A stretch of 64,000 bases of DNA from an uncultured Acidobacteriaceae bacterium (GTDB lineage: Bacteria; Acidobacteriota; Terriglobia; Terriglobales; Acidobacteriaceae): the NCBI GenBank assembly GCA_963842095.1, contig CAWJEY010000007.1, positions 137,602 through 201,601 of the forward strand, given 5' to 3'. Positions 10,101 to 17,418 of the stretch are shown here, one piece after another. Every line of letters starts with the position of its first letter. Position 1 is the first letter of the stretch. Below the pieces are notes generated by a model that did no database searches, was not told the origin of the DNA, and was given only the letters and a program-made list of their open reading frames with translations. The translations under genes were made by a program, and so were the position numbers.

Positions 10101-11531
10101 GCCGGCGCGGACGTGATTACGATCAGCGGTCACGATGGCGGCACGGGAGCATCGCCGCTCACTTCCATCAAAAACACTGGCCTGCCCTGGGAAATTGGTT
10201 TGCGGGATGCACACACTGCGCTGGTGCGCGCCGGCTTGCGCGCCCGCGTCAGATTGCGTGTGGATGGCGGCCTCAAGTTTGCCCGAGACGTGGTTGTCGC
10301 CGCTGTGCTGGGCGCTGAAGAATTCGGCTTTGGAACCGCCGCGCTGCTGGCCATCGGCTGCGTCATGGCCCGGCAGTGCCACCTCAACACTTGTCCCGTC
10401 GGCATCGCGACCCAGGATGAAACCTTGCGCGCGCGCTTTGCCGGCAATCCGGAGATGGTGGAAACATTTTTTCGCGCGCTGGCAGCCGACGTCCGCCAAC
10501 TGCTGGCGGAAATGGGTGCAGGATCGATCGACGAAGTCCTGGGCGCGATTGACCGGCTGCGTCCGCGCTCGCCGGAAGCGGAACAAAGCGTAGCTTCGCT
10601 CTTGCAACCCATATCTAATCCGCCCGCGCAATTTCCCTGTCCTCATGAGGACAGCAGCGCACTTCACGTCGAACTGAATCGCGTGGTGGACGATCTGGAG
10701 TCGCTCTCCATCCGTCCCTATCGCTTTGAAATCACCAATGAGGATCGAGCCGTGGGCGCGCACTTCAGCGGCGAAGTGCTGCGCCGGATCAGGCCTTCGT
10801 TCGGACTTTCGAATCTGGAGATGAGTGGCGTTGATTGCGAGTTTGTGGGCACCGCGGGCCAGAGCTTCGGCGCTTTCTTGATTTCCGGCGCGAACTTCCG
10901 TCTGACGGGGGAGGCAAACGACTACGTCGGCAAAGGCCTGTGCGGGGGCAGCATTGCCATTACCGCGCAAGCGGAAGCATCGCAACGCGGCGACGTTCTG
11001 GTGGGAAATACCGTGCTCTACGGCGCAACCTCCGGCGAGTTATTTGTCGCGGGGCGTGCGGGAGAACGGTTTGCGGTCCGCAACAGCGGCGCTCTCGCAG
11101 TGGTCGAGGGCGTGGGCCGCCACGGATGCGAATACATGACCGCCGGCGTTGTCGTCATTCTCGGTTCGGCGGGCGAGAATCTGGGAGCGGGGATGACCGG
11201 CGGCCTGACGTATTTGTCGCGCGCCGACGTCAATGACTACTTTAACGACGACCATCTAAACCGCGACTCTGTGCGCTTTGCGACGCTCGAACCGCAGGAA
11301 GAGCAATGGCTGCGCCGCATTCTTCGCCGGCACATGCAGCTCACGGGCAGCCCCCGCGCCGCCGAACTGCTCGCCTGCTCCGCTCTGCCGCTGAATCGGG
11401 TTGAGCCTCTTGCTCCTCCCTGTCCGATCGAAGATACGTGGGCGTCGATTCTGGCGCGCCTCGCCGCCGAGGAAGCGCGCAGTTACGGACGCGACAAACT
11501 TCTCACTTCCGAAAGACCCGTCGTGCAATGA
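7122..11531 (+). CDS. gltB: glutamate synthase large subunit (GOGAT)
   Basis: 1469 aa. The N-terminal amidotransferase domain has Cys after a short propeptide (HDACGVGFIAQ). FMN and 3Fe-4S regions are present (LISPPPHHDIYSIEDL, CHLNTCPVGIATQ), as is the C-terminal GXGXG beta-helix. No gltD gene is adjacent. Confidence 0.95.
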   Translation: MGESRLTFSADHDACGVGFIAQLGGPASHGLVERGLGALKRLAHRGGVDADGRSGDGAGLLVGLPKAFFRKAAGADGIDLPHQFGVAMVFLQPGQEAVAEDAIRDAVAKFDLSFAGWRKVPTDPSILGPRSRDSLPTVRQCFLAPRSSPFGLRSSSRSSSTRSSSGLESSDFELQLYRLRQELEVNSDSGYYCSLSSRTIVYKGLLTPEQLAPFYLDLNDPEFASAFVVFHQRYSTNTQPSWSLAQPFRFVAHNGEINTISSNRRWFQARGATLRNQLRLPVRAKLLQPGMSDSASFDNALEALVRRGSSIAESALRLVPPAWEHDEHLDPGLRQFLAGSAPEQEPWDGPAALIFTDGLFIGAKLDRNGLRPLRYTLTSDGLLIVGSEVGITDLSGKQVVERQRLGPGEMLIADPASGTFFRPSEVARLVPTEDGRSSLTVITPKHQAEPTILDANRLLAAFGWTEDQFRLLFHPLAEQGQEALWSMGDDTPPAFLSTLPRPLWDYCKQRFAQVTNPPIDPLRENHVMSLDAYLGKNAKLSSPVLDVGQMDVIADALSPMPCIDFTFEAAGGVEAALEVLARIRDEARTMAIHAGAILLTDRGLSDRRAALPALLAASTVWRAMTETGAWKVPLIVETGQVVDTHHVALLIAVGASAVHPHLAMSMAARADVNGPARYRTGVEKGLRKVLARMGISTISSYRNGQLFETIGLDAEVCEEFFADAGRTLGGKQLRDLLQDCITCHASGFGSAAAEFRDSGLYRFRHNGEQHASSPELVRRMHRYIKSPTPQNHAALSVLSEERKNVAVRDLLDVRPAQPLSLEEVESEVSLLSRFSTQAMSLGAISPEAHQTLAIAMNRLGGRSNTGEGGEDPSIYYDRPEANNRVKQVASARFGVTAEYLVHADEIEIKMAQGSKPGEGGQLPSSKVTPYIARLRHAVPGTSLISPPPHHDIYSIEDLAQLIYDLRAVNPNARIGVKLVSSSGVGVIATGVAKAGADVITISGHDGGTGASPLTSIKNTGLPWEIGLRDAHTALVRAGLRARVRLRVDGGLKFARDVVVAAVLGAEEFGFGTAALLAIGCVMARQCHLNTCPVGIATQDETLRARFAGNPEMVETFFRALAADVRQLLAEMGAGSIDEVLGAIDRLRPRSPEAEQSVASLLQPISNPPAQFPCPHEDSSALHVELNRVVDDLESLSIRPYRFEITNEDRAVGAHFSGEVLRRIRPSFGLSNLEMSGVDCEFVGTAGQSFGAFLISGANFRLTGEANDYVGKGLCGGSIAITAQAEASQRGDVLVGNTVLYGATSGELFVAGRAGERFAVRNSGALAVVEGVGRHGCEYMTAGVVVILGSAGENLGAGMTGGLTYLSRADVNDYFNDDHLNRDSVRFATLEPQEEQWLRRILRRHMQLTGSPRAAELLACSALPLNRVEPLAPPCPIEDTWASILARLAAEEARSYGRDKLLTSERPVVQ

Positions 11532-11607
11532 GCCGGCTCGCCGGCCGGGCCAGGGCCCGCCGAAACCACATCGAAGCGAAGTTCGCTATAATCTGCTAAC
11601 CAACTGC

Positions 11608-12519
11608 ATGGATTTCGATCAGCTCATCACATTTCTTGAAGTCGCCCGGCAAGGCAGTTTTTCGCGTGCCGGCGAGAAAGTCTTCCGCTCGCAATCGGCG
11701 GTCAGCGCACAGATTCGCCAACTAGAGCAGGAATACGGCGATCGCCTCCTGGACCGCTCGGGTAAAACTGTTAAGTTGACCCCCGCCGGACAGGTCTTCC
11801 ACGAATACGCGTTGCGCATGAAGAAGCTGCGCGACGAATCGCTGGTGGCCGTGGCCGACCACGGCCATACCCCGCGCGGCACACTCCTCGTCGGAGCCAA
11901 CGAAGCCACGTGCCTGTATGTTCTGCCAGAAGTCTTCGGAGAATATTGCCGCAAGTATCCCGATGTTCAGATCAGCATCTATCGCAATTTCACCTACAAG
12001 ATTGTCGAAAAACTGGAGAATGGATCTCTCGATGTGGGCGTGCTCAGCCTGCCGGTTCAGTCTGCGAGCTTGAAGGTTCAGGCTATTTACCGCGACCGGT
12101 TGATGCTGATGGTGAGCCCCAAGAATCCTTTGGCCAAGCTGAAATCGGCGCACATCAGCGACGTGGTGAAACACCCTCTGCTGCTCCCCAAGACCGGTCA
12201 CACGCGCAGGTTGCTGGATAAGCTGTTCCGCGAATACAACACCGAGCTGAAGGTCAGAATGGAGCTGCCCAGCATCGGAATGATCAAGAGCTTCGTGGCC
12301 GCCGATCTTGGCATTTCGCTCATCAGCGCGGCCTTCGCGCGCGACGAAGTCGCGGCCGGCCGGGTGAAGCTGGTTGAACTGGAAGGCCCTGAACTGTGGC
12401 GCGAACTCGGCCTTGCCTATCGACGCGACCGCACGCTCTCAGTCGCCACGAAGACATTCGTCAGCGTGGTGCGGCAGCTCTCCGACTATCTTAAGAAAAC
12501 GGATCCTCCATCGCACTGA
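11608..12519 (+). CDS. LysR-family transcriptional regulator
   Basis: The HTH region MDFDQLITFLEVARQGSFSRAGEKVFRSQSAVSAQIRQLE starts at the ATG at 11608. The track ORF start at 11401 overlaps the gltB 3' end. Confidence 0.9.
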   Translation: MDFDQLITFLEVARQGSFSRAGEKVFRSQSAVSAQIRQLEQEYGDRLLDRSGKTVKLTPAGQVFHEYALRMKKLRDESLVAVADHGHTPRGTLLVGANEATCLYVLPEVFGEYCRKYPDVQISIYRNFTYKIVEKLENGSLDVGVLSLPVQSASLKVQAIYRDRLMLMVSPKNPLAKLKSAHISDVVKHPLLLPKTGHTRRLLDKLFREYNTELKVRMELPSIGMIKSFVAADLGISLISAAFARDEVAAGRVKLVELEGPELWRELGLAYRRDRTLSVATKTFVSVVRQLSDYLKKTDPPSH

Positions 12520-12525
12520 GTGTTT

Positions 12526-13254
12526 TCATGCGTCCGCTTCCGGGGGATTAGTCAGCGACTGGGGCTGCGGCTGAATAATGTGCAGTCCGCACTCCGTCTT
12601 CGCCGATCCTGCCCAGCGCCCTGCCCGTGGGTCTTCTCCCGGCCGCACCGCCCGCGTGCAGTGCGTGCACCCGATGCTGGGGTAATTGCGTTCATGCAGC
12701 GCGTTGCAGGGCACATCATTCTCGCGGATGTATTGCCACACCTGCTTTGAACTCCAGTCGGCGAGCGGATTAATCTTCACCAGGGCGAATTTCTTGTCCC
12801 ACTCGACTTTACCTGCGGACGCGCGGGCCACGGTCTGATCGCGGCGAATGCTGGTGATCCACGCTCGCAGTTCGCCCAGCTTGCGCCGCAGCGGCTCGAC
12901 CTTTCGCAGATAGCAGCATTGATCCGGGTTACGCTGCCAGAGCGCCGGGCCATGGACCCGCTCTTGTTCCTCGGGCGAGTTCAGCGGAAACACTTTTTCG
13001 ATCGTGATGCTGTATTTCTGCTCGACCTGGTCCATCAGGTTGTAGGTTTCGGGAAACAAGAATTCCGTATCCAGCGTGAAGAGGCGGAAATTCTGGCGCA
13101 CGCGGGAAGCGATGTCGATCAGCACCATGCCCTCTGCGCCGAAAGCGGAGGAGATCGCCACCGCTTCCCCGAAAGTATCGAACGCCCATTCGAGGACCCG
13201 CTCGGGTTTCCAGGCCTCCGCGGCGATCTGCAAATTGCCAACTTCTTCTTTCAT
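12526..13254 (-). CDS. cysH: phosphoadenylyl-sulfate / adenylyl-sulfate reductase (thioredoxin-dependent)
   Basis: PAPS-reductase fold. The C-terminal Cys motifs (IGCTHCTR and ECGLH) suggest the Fe-S-containing APS-reductase type. Its ATG overlaps the cobA stop (ATGA at 13251-13254). Confidence 0.9.
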   Translation of the reverse strand: MKEEVGNLQIAAEAWKPERVLEWAFDTFGEAVAISSAFGAEGMVLIDIASRVRQNFRLFTLDTEFLFPETYNLMDQVEQKYSITIEKVFPLNSPEEQERVHGPALWQRNPDQCCYLRKVEPLRRKLGELRAWITSIRRDQTVARASAGKVEWDKKFALVKINPLADWSSKQVWQYIRENDVPCNALHERNYPSIGCTHCTRAVRPGEDPRAGRWAGSAKTECGLHIIQPQPQSLTNPPEADA

Positions 13255-14081
13255 GCTAACGGCTCCTCTTGTCTCAAACTAAAATCATCAACCACCCTTC
13301 GACTTCGCTCAGGGCAGGCAGAGGACACAGAGTCACATAGGGGATAGCCCGTTGCTTCCTCGACCAAACTACGTTCGGCGAACCTCACTACCTCGCCAAC
13401 CACCAGCAGTGTTGGAGATGCGAGCGTCGGCGACCGGTGAAGATCCGAAACCGTGGTGCGGTGGATGCACTGCTCGGGTGTTGTGGCCCGCGAAATAATT
13501 GCGCAGGGGGTTTCCGCTGCGAATCCGGCGGCCTTGAGCCTGCTGGAAAGCTCGACATAGTTGTGCCCGGGCATGTAGATGACAAGCGTCGACTGGGATG
13601 CGGCAAATTCACTCCAACCCGCATCGTCGTTGCCGGAAGCGCGATGGCCAGCCGTCAGCACCAGAGTTGAAGATACTTTCCGATGTGTCAGCGGAATACC
13701 GGCCGCGGCGGCGGCTCCCAGGGCTGAGGTCACGCCGGGAACAATCTCATACTCGATGTCCGCCCGTCGCAGAGCCTCGACCTCTTCTCCGGCCCGGCCA
13801 AAGATCAGCGGGTCTCCGCTCTTCAGCCGGATCACTTGCAATCCTGACGCAGCCCGCGTCACCATCAGAAAATTAATCTCTTCCCGCCGGATGGTCTTGC
13901 CCCCGCAGCGCTTGCCCACGTTCTGAACTTCGGCAGATGGAGAAATCAGTTTCAGAATTTCCGGCGTGACCAGATCGTCATGAAGCACAACGTCGGCCGC
14001 CCGCAGCAGTCGCAGAGCCTTCACTGTCAGCAACTCCGGGTCGCCCGGTCGTGCGCCCACCAGATACACTTTGCCGTTCAT
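13251..14081 (-). CDS. cobA: uroporphyrinogen-III C-methyltransferase (SUMT)
   Basis: VYLVGARPGDPELLTVKALRLLRAADVVLHDDLV and GKRCGG motifs. The last ~35 codons run through a dispersed repeat (see findings). Confidence 0.9.
   Translation of the reverse strand: MNGKVYLVGARPGDPELLTVKALRLLRAADVVLHDDLVTPEILKLISPSAEVQNVGKRCGGKTIRREEINFLMVTRAASGLQVIRLKSGDPLIFGRAGEEVEALRRADIEYEIVPGVTSALGAAAAAGIPLTHRKVSSTLVLTAGHRASGNDDAGWSEFAASQSTLVIYMPGHNYVELSSRLKAAGFAAETPCAIISRATTPEQCIHRTTVSDLHRSPTLASPTLLVVGEVVRFAERSLVEEATGYPLCDSVSSACPERSRRVVDDFSLRQEEPLA
13294..13319. repeat. dispersed 26-nt repeat, copy 1 (inverted relative to copy 2 at 48485-48510)
   Basis: The reverse complement of acccttcgacttcgctcagggcaggc matches gcctgccctgagcgaagccgaagggt at 25 of 26 positions in my hand alignment. 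Confidence 0.8.
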
Positions 14082-14749
14082 GCCGTAACCCTCCTGTCGT
14101 CCTCGTTCTTCGCCAACTCTTCCTTCGCGGATTCTTCCCCCGTCGCCTGCTTCTTCGTTAAATCTTCCGCCAACGCCACCTTCAGGGCCTCGCGGCTCGC
14201 CAGCGAGTGCAGCAGATCGCTCTTCCGTTGCGGGTCAAGATCGCTGGCCAGCACAAGCTTTCGTGTCTCTCCCAGTTCTGCGACCCATCGGGCATATCCC
14301 GGACCAAATTGCCGCTCAAGCTGTTGCCGAAGCTTTTGCGCCAGCGAAGGACTCTGCCCATTGGTTGAAATTGCAATCTGGAGATCGCCCCGGCGCACCA
14401 CCGCGGGATAGTAAAAGTCGCAATACTCGGGAACGTCCACTATGTTGCACAAGATTCCACGCCGCCGCGCTTCGCCGTATATCGAAGCATTGAGGCCGCG
14501 CGACGCCGTGGCTACCACGGCCAGAAACGTTCCATCGAGATCGCTGGCGACGAACGCGCGAAGTTCGAGCGTGATCTTCCCGGCGTTCGCCCATGCATGC
14601 ACTGCCTCGGTTGCTTCCAGGGCCACCACGTGCACTCGCGCACCGGTGTCGATGAGGCCGCCAATTTTAGGTTCGCCGACCTTGCCGGCGCCAACCACCA
14701 GGCAGCGTTTGCCTTCGAGCTTCACGAACATTGGAAATAAGCTGCTCAT
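14078..14749 (-). CDS. precorrin-2 dehydrogenase / sirohydrochlorin ferrochelatase (siroheme synthase N-terminal-domain type)
   Basis: Rossmann motif MFVKLEGKRCLVVGAGKVG. The ATG at 14749 leaves a 16-nt gap after the sir stop, whereas the longer track ORF overlaps sir. There is a 4-nt overlap with cobA. Confidence 0.8.
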   Translation of the reverse strand: MSSLFPMFVKLEGKRCLVVGAGKVGEPKIGGLIDTGARVHVVALEATEAVHAWANAGKITLELRAFVASDLDGTFLAVVATASRGLNASIYGEARRRGILCNIVDVPEYCDFYYPAVVRRGDLQIAISTNGQSPSLAQKLRQQLERQFGPGYARWVAELGETRKLVLASDLDPQRKSDLLHSLASREALKVALAEDLTKKQATGEESAKEELAKNEDDRRVTA

Positions 14750-14765
14750 AGTTTTCTCCAACTGC

Positions 14766-16484
14766 TCAACCTTCGACGCCGCTCGGCACACGTCCCTCAG
14801 GCAGATCGCGGGCAACCGCCTCGACGAATTCCCCGGCCAGGAATCCGCGCAAGTCGGTATCGCTGTGACGAGCAAAAAAACGGCGCAGATTCTCGCCCGG
14901 CTGCCCATCGGCGAGGTAGCGGCGCAACAGGCGCTCGATGGCTTCCGGAACCTCGGTCGCTGGGCAGCGATACCCCACCGGCCTCGCGATGGCCTGATTC
15001 AGGCCGAGCGCTCCGCCCAGGCAGAAGTAGTAGGCATCCACCATTTGCCCGTTCACCTTGATCTTCTTGCCCTCGATTCCGATGTCGGCGATCCAGTGTT
15101 GTCCGCAACTGTTCGGGCAACCGGTAACGTGGAGCTTCAGGTGCTGATCGAAGCCGGGCAAGCGCTCTTCGAGTTCCTCCACCAGCCAGCGGGAGAAGCT
15201 TTTCGTCTCGGTGATGGCAAGCTTGCAAAACTCCGTGCCGCTGCAGGCAACGGCCCCGCGCCAGAACGGCGACCCACTGACCGGCAGCCCGATCGCGCCC
15301 AGCTCTCTCGCCAACTCGTCCGCCTGAAGACGCGGAACGTTGACGATCAGCAGGTTCTGCATGTTGGTAGTGCGCAATTCACCGCTGGCGAATCGCTCCG
15401 CCAGATCGGCGGCCGCATGCATTTGTTCGGGGGTAATCCTCCCGCGCAGAACCGTGGCCCCCACATAGCAGTAGCCGGGCTGCTTCTGCGCATGGATTCC
15501 GATGTGGTCGCGATAGACGTCTGCCGGTGGTTGCTCCGGCTCGGCAGGATCGAGTTGAAATCCGATCCGCCTCTCTAGCTCTCGTTGGAAGTCCTGCGGC
15601 GTCCAACCATGCCGCAGGAAGAGAAACTTCAGCCGCGCCCGTTCGCGGTGTTCGCGCAATTGGTCGGAGTCGCGAAACAACTCGGCGACTCCCTTGATCA
15701 CCGGCAGAACCTGGTTCCAGCGCACGAAGGCGTTCAGCGGAGCACCCAGGTAAGGCTCAGTGGAAAGTCCACCGCCCACGCGCAACGCGAAACCAATCTC
15801 AGGTTTTCCCTGAACCACCCGCTCGTTTGCCGTCAGGCCAACGTCGTTAATCTCTGGATAAGGGCACCAGACGCGGCATCCGGTGATGGAGATCTTGAAC
15901 TTGCGCGGCAAGTTATAGAACTCCGCGTTTCCCGCCAGCATCCTGTCTGCTTCCAGCGCGAGCGGCGAAGCGTCGCATATCTCGTCCGCATCCACGCCGG
16001 CAACAGGGCAGCCCGTAATGTTCCGAGTTACATCGCCGCAGGAACCAGTCGTGTTCAGGCCGACGCGCCAGAGTTCCTCCAGCACTTCGGGCAGCGTCTC
16101 GATCGTGACCCAGTGCAACTGAATATTCTGCCGCACGGTGAGATCGGCGATGCCGCGGGCGTATCGACTGGTCAGGCCGGCGATGGCTCGTAGTTGGTTC
16201 GATCGCAATAAGCCGTTCGGAATTCGAATCCGCACCATGAAGAACGGCAGCGCCAGCCCTTGGCCGTCTTTCCCGCCAACAACGCCTGCTCCGTCGCCCT
16301 GCGTGTAAACTCCCCACCAGCGGAAATACGTGCCAATCCACTCTGGCGGAATCGAATGAAAGCCTTCTCGCGCGAAGCGGCGAATCTCGGAGAGACCGTC
16401 CCACGGATTCATCGCGCGCTTCAGGCGTTCCGACTTTTGCGCTTTGGTTTCTTTGCCCGAACTGGCCATAAACGGACTTGCCAT
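14766..16484 (-). CDS. assimilatory sulfite reductase hemoprotein (ferredoxin-type nitrite/sulfite reductase family)
   Basis: 572 aa. Siroheme/4Fe-4S cysteine motifs are present (ACSGTEFCKLAITETK, VTGCPNSCGQH). It is the first gene of the operon that also carries the siroheme synthesis genes and cysH. Confidence 0.85.
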   Translation of the reverse strand: MASPFMASSGKETKAQKSERLKRAMNPWDGLSEIRRFAREGFHSIPPEWIGTYFRWWGVYTQGDGAGVVGGKDGQGLALPFFMVRIRIPNGLLRSNQLRAIAGLTSRYARGIADLTVRQNIQLHWVTIETLPEVLEELWRVGLNTTGSCGDVTRNITGCPVAGVDADEICDASPLALEADRMLAGNAEFYNLPRKFKISITGCRVWCPYPEINDVGLTANERVVQGKPEIGFALRVGGGLSTEPYLGAPLNAFVRWNQVLPVIKGVAELFRDSDQLREHRERARLKFLFLRHGWTPQDFQRELERRIGFQLDPAEPEQPPADVYRDHIGIHAQKQPGYCYVGATVLRGRITPEQMHAAADLAERFASGELRTTNMQNLLIVNVPRLQADELARELGAIGLPVSGSPFWRGAVACSGTEFCKLAITETKSFSRWLVEELEERLPGFDQHLKLHVTGCPNSCGQHWIADIGIEGKKIKVNGQMVDAYYFCLGGALGLNQAIARPVGYRCPATEVPEAIERLLRRYLADGQPGENLRRFFARHSDTDLRGFLAGEFVEAVARDLPEGRVPSGVEG

Positions 16485-16528
16485 AAAATTGATTTCCCCA
16501 AACTTGTTTACCCGGCTGATTTGCCCAC

Positions 16529-16564
16529 AAAAAAACCCACCGCCAGATGCTCTCTGGCGGTGGG
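16529..16564 (-). terminator. intrinsic terminator in the sir leader
   Basis: On the minus strand, CCCACCGCCAGA-gagca-TCTGGCGGTGGG forms a perfect 12-bp stem, followed by TTTTTTT. It lies 44 nt upstream of the sir ATG. Confidence 0.8.
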
Positions 16565-16593
16565 TGATAAGTGCTGATGATGCTACGAAACTC

Positions 16594-16686
16594 TTAAGTC
16601 AGCAGCCTCCCTGCGCCAGAACACACGTATGCACAACAACAACATGCACACATACTGGTCTGGCGAAGATTGCTGAAACTGGTCAT
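16594..16686 (-). CDS. candidate Cys-rich leader peptide (30 aa, below the ORF-track cutoff)
   Basis: My hand translation gives MTSFSNLRQTSMCACCCCAYVCSGAGRLLT*. All 6 Cys codons are TGT. There is no SD, but the ATG lies 9 nt after a -10-like hexamer. Confidence 0.5.
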   Translation of the reverse strand: MTSFSNLRQTSMCACCCCAYVCSGAGRLLT

Positions 16687-16695
16687 GCTTTTTGG

Positions 16696-16725
16696 ATACT
16701 AGGCTGAGCCTGGCGAACGGGTCAA
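16696..16725 (-). promoter_or_regulatory. sigma70-like promoter for the sir leader
   Basis: On the minus strand, TTGACC (16725-16720), an 18-nt spacer, then TAGTAT (16701-16696). The predicted TSS is about 16689, 3 nt before the uORF ATG. Confidence 0.5.
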
Positions 16726-16827
16726 GTTACTGCCGGCTTTATTGGATGAATAATTTCGATCCGGCGCATCAGAAATTTTGGTCGGCGGGCAAGGCCTCGC
16801 CGGAGGGCCCTCCATCGGACGATGATG

Positions 16828-17076
16828 TCAGGCCGCGCTTCTGCCTCGCCCTCTCACACTCTGCAGAACCGTTGCAGGAAGCTGCAGCACCCGGACTCGC
16901 GAATCTTTTTTCGTTGTGACGTGTACTGCGATGCCATCGGCTTCCGGGAACGGGTCCGAAACAACATCAAACTCCTCACCGTAAAGGCGAACCCGCCCAG
17001 AGGTGGCATATCCAAGATGTCGAACGCGGGCACAGACTTCTGATAGTGAGGGAGGTTCAATATGATGACTGGTCAT
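16828..17076 (-). CDS. hypothetical small protein (82 aa)
   Basis: This is the internal start MTSHHIEPPSLSEV... of the 143-aa track ORF. The longer version runs through the tRNA gene. The SD is weak and I recognise no family. Confidence 0.3.
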   Translation of the reverse strand: MTSHHIEPPSLSEVCARVRHLGYATSGRVRLYGEEFDVVSDPFPEADGIAVHVTTKKDSRVRVLQLPATVLQSVRGRGRSAA

Positions 17077-17180
17077 GATAAGACCATTATAACCTTCCCA
17101 CTGAGAGCGTGCCGACATCAGTTTAACAGCCTCTGAGGCGGCTGACCGGGGTCTCGCTACCGCGTAAGCTGTTGAAAAGA

Positions 17181-17255
17181 TGGAGCGGGAGACGGGGATC
17201 GAACCCGTGACATCCAGCTTGGGAAGCTGGCGTTCTACCGCTGAACTACTCCCGC
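17181..17255 (-). tRNA. tRNA-Gly (anticodon CCC), CCA encoded
   Basis: The reverse complement is GCGGGAGTAGTTCAGCGGTAGAACGCCAGCTTCCCAAGCTGGATGTCACGGGTTCGATCCCCGTCTCCCGCTCCA. It folds as a cloverleaf: 7-bp acceptor stem, D arm GTTC/GAAC, anticodon stem CCAGC/GCTGG with loop TTCCCAA, and T arm ACGGG/CCCGT with loop TTCGATC. Confidence 0.92.
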
Positions 17256-17302
17256 TCACTGGCCCTGCGCACTGGCCTGCTCACTGGCCTGCTCACTGGC
17301 TA
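17256..17302. repeat. 12-nt tandem repeat (about 4 units) abutting the 5' end of tRNA-Gly
   Basis: tcactggccctgcg / cactggcctgc / tcactggcctgc / tcactggct, read directly from the sequence. Confidence 0.75.
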
Positions 17303-17418
17303 AGATGGGCAGGTATCCGCCCGAGCCAACCAAAGTCTAGCACTCCCCGCCGCGGGAAACAATCTGCTGGCGATCGCGCGCGCCGCAGTCGTCGTGCACC
17401 GGTAGCCTGTTAGACTCC

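Noticed and set aside
11401-11607. An N-terminal extension of the LysR ORF, and similar upstream extensions of the amidase, M28, ADH, SDR, NifU-like, MocA-like and M48 ORFs.
   Set aside because: The extensions overlap upstream genes or lack coding character. Internal ATGs coincide with the family-typical N-termini, signal peptides and SD sequences.
16828-17259. A 143-aa ORF spanning the tRNA-Gly gene.
   Set aside because: Its N-terminal third is the reverse-strand reading of a canonical tRNA. Only the internal 82-aa version is kept, at low confidence.
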